NCBI GenBank assembly: GCA_964057225.1 | Contig: OZ059895.1 | Location: forward strand, 2,170,001-2,234,000 | DNA from: Auanema rhodensis | Lineage: Eukaryota > Animalia > Nematoda | DNA: 64,000 bases | Direction of reading: 5' to 3' | Shown here: piece by piece, positions 53,002 to 64,000 of the stretch | Layout: the number at the start of each line of letters is the position of its first letter | Position numbering within the stretch: the first letter of the stretch is position 1 | The notes under the pieces: model-generated | What the model was told of the DNA's origin: nothing | Seen by the model: the letters and a program-made list of their open reading frames with translations, nothing else | Database searches by the model: none | Position numbers and translations under genes: made by a program

Positions 53002-55809
53002 TTTTCAAACGATCATAACTAATTTTTGTATCAAGCGTTTCTCGATGTAGTATAGTGCATTCGATGCGGATTTTTAAGCTGCGTCGATCTGTGTTATCAG
53101 ATTTGCGCTGGCTTAAAAATGCACCGAGATATCAACTGATATAAGTTCACACTTATATCCTCGATTTTCACCCTGAAGAATTAATTTTTTCGTTGAATAA
53201 CATTGTCCATCGTCTTTGCCCTGAAAAAAGGAATCTAAAAACATCTACTTTTTGCTAAATTATTTTGAAATTTTTCGAAAAAATTTTTGTCAAAATGTTT
53301 TTGGAAGCAATGCTGAGTGTACATGGAAACTCAACATACACTAATGCATCATTTTTCAAACGATCATAACTAATTTTTGTATTAAGCGTTTCTCAATGTA
53401 GTATAGTGCATTCGATGCGAATTTTTAAGCTGCGTCGATCTGTGTTATCAGATTTGCGCTAGCTTAAAAATGCACCGAGATATCAACTGATATAAGTTCA
53501 CACTTATATCCTCGATTTTCACCCTGAAGAATTAATTTTTTTGTTGAATAGCATTGTCCATCGTCTTTGCCTTGAAAAAAGGAATCTAAAAACATCTACT
53601 TTTTGCTAAATTATTTTGAAATTTTTCGAAAAAATTTTTGTCAAAATGTTTTTGGAAGCAATGCTGAGTGTACATGGAAACTCAACATACACTAATGCAT
53701 CATTTTTCAAACGATCATAACTAATTTTTGTATCAAGCGTTTCTCGATGTAGTATAGTGCATTCGATGCGGATTTTTAAGCTGCGTCGATCTGTGTTATC
53801 AGATTTGCGCTAGCTTAAAAATGCACCGAGATATCAACTGATATAAGTTCACACTTATATCCTCGATTTTCACCCTGAAGAATTAATTTTTTCGTTGAAT
53901 AGCATTGTCCATCGTCTTTGCCTTGACAAAAGGAATCTAAAAACATCTACTTTTTGCTAAATTATTTTGAAATTTTTCGAAAAAATTTTTGTCAAAATGT
54001 TTTTGGAAGCAATGCTGAGTGTACATGGAAACTCAACATACACTAATGCATCATTTTTCAAACGATCATAACTAATTTTTGTATTAAGCGTTTCTCAATG
54101 TAGTATAGTGCATTCGATGCGAATTTTTAAGCTGCGTCGATCTGTGTTATCAGATTTGCGCTAGCTTAGAAATGCACCGAGATATCAACTGATATAAGTT
54201 CACACTTATATCCTCGATTTTCACCCTGAAGAATTAATTTTTTTGTTGAATAACATTGTCCATCGTCTTTGCCTCGAAAAATGAAATCTAAAAACATCTA
54301 CTTTTTGCTAAATTATTTTGAAATTTTTCGAAAAAATTTTTGTCAAAATGTTTTTGGAAGCAATGTTGAGTGTACATGGAAACTCAACATACACTAATGC
54401 ATCATTTTTCAAACGATCATAACTAATTTTTGTATCAAGCGTTTCTCGATGTAGTATAGTGCATTCGATGCGGATTTTTAAGCTGCGTCGATCTGTGTTA
54501 TCAGATTTGCGCTGGCTTAAAAATGCACCGAGATATCAACTGATATAAGTTCACACTTATATCCTCGATTTTCACCCTGAAGAATTAATTTTTTCGTTGA
54601 ATAACATTGTCCATCGTCTTTGCCCTGAAAAAAGGAATCTAAAAACATCTACTTTTTGCTAAATTATTTTGAAATTTTTCGAAAAAATTTTTGTCAAAAT
54701 GTTTTTGGAAGCAATGCTGAGTGTACATGGAAACTCAACATACACTAATGCATCATTTTTCAAACGATCATAACTAATTTTTGTATTAAGCGTTTCTCAA
54801 TGTAGTATAGTGCATTCGATGCGAATTTTTAAGCTGCGTCGATCTGTGTTATCAGATTTGCGCTAGCTTAAAAATGCACCGAGATATCAACTGATATAAG
54901 TTCACACTTATATCCTCGATTTTCACCCTGAAGAATTAATTTTTTTGTTGAATAGCATTGTCCATCGTCTTTGCCTTGAAAAAAGGAATCTAAAAACATC
55001 TACTTTTTGCTAAATTATTTTGAAATTTTTCGAAAAAATTTTTGTCAAAATGTTTTTGGAAGCAATGCTGAGTGTACATGGAAACTCAACATACACTAAT
55101 GCATCATTTTTCAAACGATCATAACTAATTTTTGTATCAAGCGTTTCTCGATGTAGTATAGTGCATTCGATGCGGATTTTTAAGCTGCGTCGATCTGTGT
55201 TATCAGATTTGCGCTAGCTTAAAAATGCACCGAGATATCAACTGATATAAGTTCACACTTATATCCTCGATTTTCACCCTGAAGAATTAATTTTTTCGTT
55301 GAATAGCATTGTCCATCGTCTTTGCCTTGACAAAAGGAATCTAAAAACATCTACTTTTTGCTAAATTATTTTGAAATTTTTCGAAAAAATTTTTGTCAAA
55401 ATGTTTTTGGAAGCAATGCTGAGTGTACATGGAAACTCAACATACACTAATGCATCATTTTTCAAACGATCATAACTAATTTTTGTATTAAGCGTTTCTC
55501 AATGTAGTATAGTGCATTCGATGCGAATTTTTAAGCTGCGTCGATCTGTGTTATCAGATTTGCGCTAGCTTAGAAATGCACCGAGATATCAACTGATATA
55601 AGTTCACACTTATATCCTCGATTTTCACCCTGAAGAATTAATTTTTTTGTTGAATAACATTGTCCATCGTCTTTGCCTCGAAAAATGAAATCTAAAAACA
55701 TCTACTTTTTGCTAAATTATTTTGAAATTTTTCGAAAAAATTTTTGTCAAAATGTTTTTGGAAGCAATGTTGAGTGTACATGGAAACTCAACATACACTA
55801 ATGCATCAT
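53002..55809 (+). repeat. 4-monomer (1,404 bp) tandem duplication
   Basis: M152-155 equals M156-159, including the rare alleles 224C (TTGACAAA) and 115G (TTAGAAA). Confidence 0.85.
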
Positions 55810-58800
55810 TTTTCAAACGATCATAACTAATTTTTGTATCAAACGTTTCTCAATGTAGTATAGTGCATTCGATGCGGATTTTTAAGCTGCGTCGATCTGT
55901 GTTATCAGATTTGCGCTAGCTTAGAAATGCACCGAGATATCAACTGATATAAGTTCACACTTATATCCTCGATTTTCACCCTGAAGAATTAATTTTTTTG
56001 TTGAATAACATTGTCCATCGTCTTTGCCTCGAAAAATGAAATCTAAAAACATCTACTTTTTGCTAAATTATTTTGAAATTTTTCGAAAAAATTTTTGTCA
56101 AAATGTTTTTGGAAGCAATGTTGAGTGTACATGGAAACTCAACATACACTAATGCATCATTTTTCAAACGATCATAACTAATTTTTGTATCAAACGTTTC
56201 TCAATGTAGTATAGTGCATTCGATGCGGATTTTTAAGCTGCGTCGATCTGTGTTATCAGATTTGCGCTAGCTTAAAAATGCACCGAGATATCAACTGATA
56301 TAAGTTCACACTTATATCCTCGATTTTCACCCTGAAGAATTAATTTTTTCGTTGAATAACATTGTCCATCGTCTTTGCCCTGAAAAAAGGAATCTAAAAA
56401 CATCTACTTTTTGCTAAATTATTTTGAAATTTTTGGAAAAAATTTTTGTCAAAATGTTTTTGGAAGCAATGTTGAGTGTACATGGAAACTCAACATACAC
56501 TAATGCATCATTTTTCAAACGATCATAACTAATTTTTGTATTAAGCGTTTCTCAATGTAGTATAGTGCATTCGATGCGAATTTTTAAGCTGCGTCGATCT
56601 GTGTTATCAGATTTGCGCTAGCTTAAAAATGCACCGAGATATCAACTGATATAAGTTCACACTTATATCCTCGATTTTCACCCTGAAGAATTAATTTTTT
56701 CGTTGAATAGCATTGTCCATCGTCTTTGCCTTGAAAAAAGGAATCTAAAAACATCTACTTTTTGCTAAATTATTTTGAAATTTTTCGAAAAAATTTTTGT
56801 CAAAATGTTTTTGGAAGCAATGTTGAGTGTACATGGAAACTCAACATACACTAATGCATCATTTTTCAAACGATCATAACTAATTTTTGTATTAAGCGTT
56901 TCTCAATGTAGTATAGTGCATTCGATGCGAATTTTTAAGCTGCGTCGATCTGTGTTATCAGATTTGCGCTAGCTTAAAAATGCACCGAGATATCAACTGA
57001 TATAAGTTCACACTTATATCCTCGATTTTCACCCTGAAGAATTAATTTTTTCGTTGAATAGCATTGTCCATCGTCTTTGCCTTGAAAAAAGGAATCTAAA
57101 AACATCTACTTTTTGCTAAATTATTTTGAAATTTTTCGAAAAAATTTTTGTCAAAATGTTTTTGGAAGCAATGCTGAGTGTACATGGAAACTCAACATAC
57201 ACTAATGCATCATTTTTCAAACGATCATAACTAATTTTTGTATCAAGCGTTTCTCGATGTAGTATAGTGCATTCGATGCGGATTTTTAAGCTGCGTCGAT
57301 CTGTGTTATCAGATTTGCGCTGGCTTAAAAATGCACCGAGATATCAACTGATATAAGTTCACACTTATATCCTCGATTTTCACCCTGAAGAATTAATTTT
57401 TTCGTTAAATAGCATTGTCCATCGTCTTTGCCTTGAAAAAAGGAATCTAAAAACATCTACTTTTTGCTAAATTATTTTGAAATTTTTCGAAAAAATTTTT
57501 GTCAAAATGTTTTTGGAAGCAATGCTGAGTGTACATGGAAACTCAACATACACTAATGCATCATTTTTCAAACGATCATAACTAATTTTTGTATCAAGCG
57601 TTTCTTGATGTAGTATAGTGCATTCGATGCGGATTTTTAAGCTGCGTCGATCTGTGTTATCAGATTTGCGCTAACTTAAAAATGCACCGAGATATCAACT
57701 GATATAAGTTCACACTTATATCCTCGATTTTCACCCTGAACAATTAATTTTTTCGTTGAATAACATTGTCCATCGTCTTTGCCTTGAAAAATGGAATCTA
57801 AAAACATCTACTTTTTGCTAAATTATTTTGAAATTTTTCGAAAAAATTTTTGTCAAAATGTTTTTGGAAGCAATGTTGAGTGTACATGGAAACTCAACAT
57901 ACACTAATGCATCATTTTTCAAACGATCATAACTAATTTTTGTATTAAGCGTTTCTCAATGTAGTATAGTGCATTCGATGCGAATTTTTAAGCTGCGTCG
58001 ATCTGTGTTATCAGATTTGCGCTAGCTTAAAAATGCACCGAGATATCAACTGATATAAGTTCACACTTATATCCTCGATTTTCACCCTGAAGAATTAATT
58101 TTTTCGTTGAATAACATTGTCCATCGTCTTTGCCCTGAAAAAAGGAATCTAAAAACATCTACTTTTTGCTAAATTATTTTGAAATTTTTGGAAAAAATTT
58201 TTGTCAAAATGTTTTTGGAAGCAATGTTGAGTGTACATGGAAACTCAACATACACTAATGCATCATTTTTCAAACGATCATAACTAATTTTTGTATTAAG
58301 CGTTTCTCAATGTAGTATAGTGCATTCGATGCGAATTTTTAAGCTGCGTCGATCTGTGTTATCAGATTTGCGCTAGCTTAAAAATGCACCGAGATATCAA
58401 CTGATATAAGTTCACACTTATATCCTCGATTTTCACCCTGAAGAATTAATTTTTTCGTTGAATAGCATTGTCCATCGTCTTTGCCTTGAAAAAAGGAATC
58501 TAAAAACATCTACTTTTTGCTAAATTATTTTGAAATTTTTCGAAAAAATTTTTGTCAAAATGTTTTTGGAAGCAATGCTGAGTGTACATGGAAACTCAAC
58601 ATACACTAATGCATCATTTTTCAAACGATCATAACTAATTTTTGTATCAAGCGTTTCTCGATGTAGTATAGTGCATTCGATGCGGATTTTTAAGCTGCGT
58701 CGATCTGTGTTATCAGATTTGCGCTAGCTTAAAAATGCACCGAGATATCAACTGATATAAGTTCACACTTATATCCTCGATTTTCACCCTGAAGAATTAA

Positions 58801-59078
58801 TTTTTTCGTTGAATAGCACTGTCCATCGTCTTTGCCTTGAAAAAAGGAATCTAAAAACATCTACTTTTTGCTAAATTATTTTGAAATTTTTCGAAAAAAT
58901 TTTTGTCAAAATGTTTTTGGAAGCAATGCTGAGTGTACATGGAAACTCAACATACACTAATGCATCATTTTTCAAACGATCATAACTAATTTTTGTATTA
59001 AGCGTTTCTCAATGTAGTATAGTGCATTCGATGCGAATTTTTAAGCTGCGTCGATCTGTGTTATCAGATTTGCGCTAG

Positions 59079-61250
59079 CTTAAAAATGCACCGAGATATC
59101 AACTGATATAAGTTCACACTTATATCCTCGATTTTCACCCTGAAGAATTAATTTTTTTGTTGAATAACATTGTCCATCGTCTTTGCCTCGAAAAATGAAA
59201 TCTAAAAACATCTACTTTTTGCTAAATTATTTTGAAATTTTTCGAAAAAATTTTTGTCAAAATGTTTTTGGAAGCAATGTTGAGTGTACATGGAAACTCA
59301 ACATACACTAATGCATCATTTTTCAAACGATCATAACTAATTTTTGTATCAAACGTTTCTCAATGTAGTATAGTGCATTCGATGCGGATTTTTAAGCTGC
59401 GTCGATCTGTGTTATCAGATTTGCGCTAGCTTAAAAATGCACCGAGATATCAACTGATATAAGTTCACACTTATATCCTCGATTTTCACCCTGAAGAATT
59501 AATTTGTTCGTTGAATAACATTGTCCATCGTCTTTGCCCTGAAAAAAGGAATCTAAAAACATCTACTTTTTGCTAAATTATTTTGAAATTTTTGGAAAAA
59601 ATTTTTGTCAAAATGTTTTTGGAAGCAATGTTGAGTGTACATGGAAACTCAACATACACTAATGCATCATTTTTCAAACGATCATAACTAATTTTTGTAT
59701 TAAGCGTTTCTCAATGTAGTATAGTGCATTCGATGCGGATTTTTAAGCTGCGTCGATCTGTGTTATCAGATTTGCGCTAACTTAAAAATGCACCGAGATA
59801 TCAACTGATATAAGTTCACACTTATATCCTCGATTTTCACCCTGAAGAATTAATTTTTTCGTTGAATAGCATTGTCCATCGTCTTTGCCTTGAAAAAAGG
59901 AATCTAAAAACATCTACTTTTTGCTAAATTATTTTGAAATTTTTCGAAAAAATTTTTGTCAAAATGTTTTTGGAAGCAATGCTGAGTGTACATGGAAACT
60001 CAACATACACTAATGCATCATTTTTCAAACGATCATAACTAATTTTTGTATCAAGCGTTTCTTGATGTAGTATAGTGCATTCGATGCGGATTTTTAAGCT
60101 GCGTCGATCTGTGTTATCAGATTTGCGCTAACTTAAAAATGCACCGAGATATCAACTGATATAAGTTCACACTTATATCCTCGATTTTCACCCTGAAGAA
60201 TTAATTTTTTTGTTGAATAACATTGTCCATCGTCTTTGCCTCGAAAAATGAAATCTAAAAACATCTACTTTTTGCTAAATTATTTTGAAATTTTTCGAAA
60301 AAATTTTTGTCAAAATGTTTTTGGAAGCAATGTTGAGTGTACATGGAAACTCAACATACACTAATGCATCATTTTTCAAACGATCATAACTAATTTTTGT
60401 ATCAAACGTTTCTCAATGTAGTATAGTGCATTCGATGCGGATTTTTAAGCTGCGTCGATCTGTGTTATCAGATTTGCGCTAGCTTAAAAATGCACCGAGA
60501 TATCAACTGATATAAGTTCACACTTATATCCTCGATTTTCACCCTGAAGAATTAATTTGTTCGTTGAATAACATTGTCCATCGTCTTTGCCCTGAAAAAA
60601 GGAATCTAAAAACATCTACTTTTTGCTAAATTATTTTGAAATTTTTGGAAAAAATTTTTGTCAAAATGTTTTTGGAAGCAATGTTGAGTGTACATGGAAA
60701 CTCAACATACACTAATGCATCATTTTTCAAACGATCATAACTAATTTTTGTATTAAGCGTTTCTCAATGTAGTATAGTGCATTCGATGCGGATTTTTAAG
60801 CTGCGTCGATCTGTGTTATCAGATTTGCGCTAACTTAAAAATGCACCGAGATATCAACTGATATAAGTTCACACTTATATCCTCGATTTTCACCCTGAAG
60901 AATTAATTTTTTCGTTGAATAGCATTGTCCATCGTCTTTGCCTTGAAAAAAGGAATCTAAAAACATCTACTTTTTGCTAAATTATTTTGAAATTTTTCGA
61001 AAAAATTTTTGTCAAAATGTTTTTGGAAGCAATGCTGAGTGTACATGGAAACTCAACATACACTAATGCATCATTTTTCAAACGATCATAACTAATTTTT
61101 GTATCAAGCGTTTCTTGATGTAGTATAGTGCATTCGATGCGGATTTTTAAGCTGCGTCGATCTGTGTTATCAGATTTGCGCTAACTTAAAAATGCACCGA
61201 GATATCAACTGATATAAGTTCACACTTATATCCTCGATTTTCACCCTGAA
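59079..61250 (+). repeat. 3-monomer (1,053 bp) tandem duplication
   Basis: The rare 187G allele (AATTTGTTCG) occurs in M170 and M173. M171 equals M174, and the heads of M172 and M175 match. Confidence 0.85.
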
Positions 61251-64000
61251 CAATTAATTTTTTCGTTGAATAACATTGTCCATCGTCTTTGCCTTGAAAA
61301 ATGGAATCTAAAAACATCTACTTTTTGCTAAATTATTTTGAAATTTTTCGAAAAAATTTTTGTCAAAATGTTTTTGGAAGCAATGTTGAGTGTACATGGA
61401 AACTCAACATACACTAATGCATCATTTTTCAAACGATCATAACTAATTTTTGTATTAAGCGTTTCTCAATGTAGTATAGTGCATTCGATGCGAATTTTTA
61501 AGCTGCGTCGATCTGTGTTATCAGATTTGCGCTAGCTTAAAAATGCACCGAGATATCAACTGATATAAGTTCACACTTATATCCTCGATTTTCACCCTGA
61601 AGAATTAATTTTTTCGTTGAATAACATTGTCCATCGTCTTTGCCCTGAAAAAAGGAATCTAAAAACATCTACTTTTTGCTAAATTATTTTGAAATTTTTG
61701 GAAAAAATTTTTGTCAAAATGTTTTTGGAAGCAATGTTGAGTGTACATGGAAACTCAACATACACTAATGCATCATTTTTCAAACGATCATAACTAATTT
61801 TTGTATTAAGCGTTTCTCAATGTAGTATAGTGCATTCGATGCGAATTTTTAAGCTGCGTCGATCTGTGTTATCAGATTTGCGCTAGCTTAAAAATGCACC
61901 GAGATATCAACTGATATAAGTTCACACTTATATCCTCGATTTTCACCCTGAAGAATTAATTTTTTCGTTGAATAGCATTGTCCATCGTCTTTGCCTTAAA
62001 AAAAAGAATCTAAAAACATCTACTTTTTGCTAAATTATTTTGAAATTTTTCGAAAAAATTTTTGTCAAAATGTTTTTGGAAGCAATGCTGAGTGTACATG
62101 GAAACTCAACATACACTAATGCATCATTTTTCAAACGATCATAACTAATTTTTGTATCAAGCGTTTCTCGATGTAGTATAGTGCATTCGATGCGGATTTT
62201 TAAGCTGCGTCGATCTGTGTTATCAGATTTGCGCTAGCTTAAAAATGCACCGAGATATCAACTGATATAAGTTCACACTTATATCCTCGATTTTCACCCT
62301 GAAGAATTAATTTTTTCGTTGAATAGCATTGTCCATCGTCTTTGCCTTGAAAAAAGGAATCTAAAAACATCTACTTTTTGCTAAATTATTTTGAAATTTT
62401 TCGAAAAAATTTTTGTCAAAATGTTTTTGGAAGCAATGCTGAGTGTACATGGAAACTCAACATACACTAATGCATCATTTTTCAAACGATCATAACTAAT
62501 TTTTGTATCAAGCGTTTCTTGATGTAGTATAGTGCATTCGATGCGGATTTTTAAGCTGCGTCGATCTGTGTTATCAGATTTGCGCTAACTTAAAAATGCA
62601 CCGAGATATCAACTGATATAAGTTCACACTTATATCCTCGATTTTCACCCTGAACAATTAATTTTTTCGTTGAATAACATTGTCCATCGTCTTTGCCTTG
62701 AAAAATGGAATCTAAAAACATCTACTTTTTGCTAAATTATTTTGAAATTTTTCGAAAAAATTTTTGTCAAAATGTTTTTGGAAGCAATGTTGAGTGTACA
62801 TGGAAACTCAACATACACTAATGCATCATTTTTCAAACGATCATAACTAATTTTTGTATTAAGCGTTTCTCAATGTAGTATAGTGCATTCGATGCGAATT
62901 TTTAAGCTGCGTCGATCTGTGTTATCAGATTTGCGCTAGCTTAAAAATGCACCGAGATATCAACTGATATAAGTTCACACTTATATCCTCGATTTTCACC
63001 CTGAAGAATTAATTTTTTTGTTGAATAACATTGTCCATCGTCTTTGCCTTGAAAAATGAAATCTAAAAACATCTACTTTTTGCTAAATTATTTTGAAATT
63101 TTTCGAAAAAATTTTTGTCAAAATGTTTTTGGAAGCAATGTTGAGTGTACATGGAAACTCAACATACACTAATGCATCATTTTTCAAACGATCATAACTA
63201 ATTTTTGTATCAAACGTTTCTCAATGTAGTATAGTGCATTCGATGCGGATTTTTAAGCTGCGTCGATCTGTGTTATCAGATTTGCGCTAGCTTAAAAATG
63301 CACCGAGATATCAACTGATATAAGTTCACACTTATATCCTCGATTTTCACCCTGAAGAATTAATTTTTTCGTTGAATAACATTGTCCATCGTCTTTGCCC
63401 TGAAAAAAGGAATCTAAAAACATCTACTTTTTGCTAAATTATTTTGAAATTTTTGGAAAAAATTTTTGTCAAAATGTTTTTGGAAGCAATGTTGAGTGTA
63501 CATGGAAACTCAACATACACTAATGCATCATTTTTCAAACGATCATAACTAATTTTTGTATTAAGCGTTTCTCAATGTAGTATAGTGCATTCGATGCGAA
63601 TTTTTAAGCTGCGTCGATCTGTGTTATCAGATTTGCGCTAGCTTAAAAATGCACCGAGATATCAACTGATATAAGTTCACACTTATATCCTCGATTTTCA
63701 CCCTGAAGAATTAATTTTTTCGTTGAATAGCATTGTCCATCGTCTTTGCCTTGAAAAAAGGAATCTAAAAACATCTACTTTTTGCTAAATTATTTTGAAA
63801 TTTTTCGAAAAAATTTTTGTCAAAATGTTTTTGGAAGCAATGTTGAGTGTACATGGAAACTCAACATACACTAATGCATCATTTTTCAAACGATCATAAC
63901 TAATTTTTGTATTAAGCGTTTCTCAATGTAGTATAGTGCATTCGATGCGAATTTTTAAGCTGCGTCGATCTGTGTTATCAGATTTGCGCTAGCTTAAAAA

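Larger units (their letters stand above)
1..64000 (+). repeat. Tandem satellite DNA array, 351-bp monomer, about 182.3 copies, AT-rich (about 31% GC)
   Basis: TTTTCAAACGATCATAACT recurs at 1, 352, 703 and onward. The 60-nt rows return to identical register every 7,020 bp (20 x 351) at 7021, 14041, 21061, 28081, 35101, 42121, 49141, 56161 and 63181. All ORF spacings on a given strand are multiples of 351. Confidence 0.99.
50896..64000 (+). repeat. Distinct satellite subfamily domain (same 351-bp length)
   Basis: From M146 onward 36G and 203T are fixed. New shared alleles appear (31C, 43G, 68A, 199G, 220C, 228A, 275G, 312C, 109G/110A, 177C). Alleles common to the left (13T, 147T, 228C, 247T, 261G, 265C, 322G) disappear. 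Confidence 0.9.

Noticed and set aside
1-64000. CRISPR array or prokaryotic repeat with terminator-like hairpins
   Set aside because: There are no unique spacers, the unit is 351 bp, and there are no cas or other genes. The hairpins are part of the satellite monomer.
1-64000. Embedded transposon, inversion or unique island
   Set aside because: The register and orientation are unbroken across the window, and no non-satellite sequence was seen.

Overview
The whole 64 kb is one uninterrupted head-to-tail satellite array of a 351-bp monomer: about 182.3 copies, about 31% GC by hand count, one orientation, no net indels and no inserted elements. Monomers differ from the consensus by roughly 0-9 substitutions. 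Reading those substitutions monomer by monomer (monomer Mn starts at 351(n-1)+1) shows a layered history. There is a 7-mer duplication (0.4-5.6 kb), a 6-mer higher-order repeat (4.6-14.5 kb) and a near-perfect 27-mer (9,477 bp) tandem duplication (18.7-38.3 kb). A singleton-rich disordered zone follows (38.3-50.9 kb), then a distinct subfamily domain from about 50.9 kb with its own 3-, 4- and 5-mer duplications. The monomer is dense in dyad symmetry: three hairpins, a central palindrome and a nested, spaced 118-bp dyad. The seven listed ORFs are chance read-throughs created by single substitutions at stop codons. I see no genes, RNA genes, CRISPR array or intact mobile element. The window looks like eukaryotic centromeric or pericentromeric satellite, possibly invertebrate. 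I cannot name the family or species, and all variant calls were made by eye.
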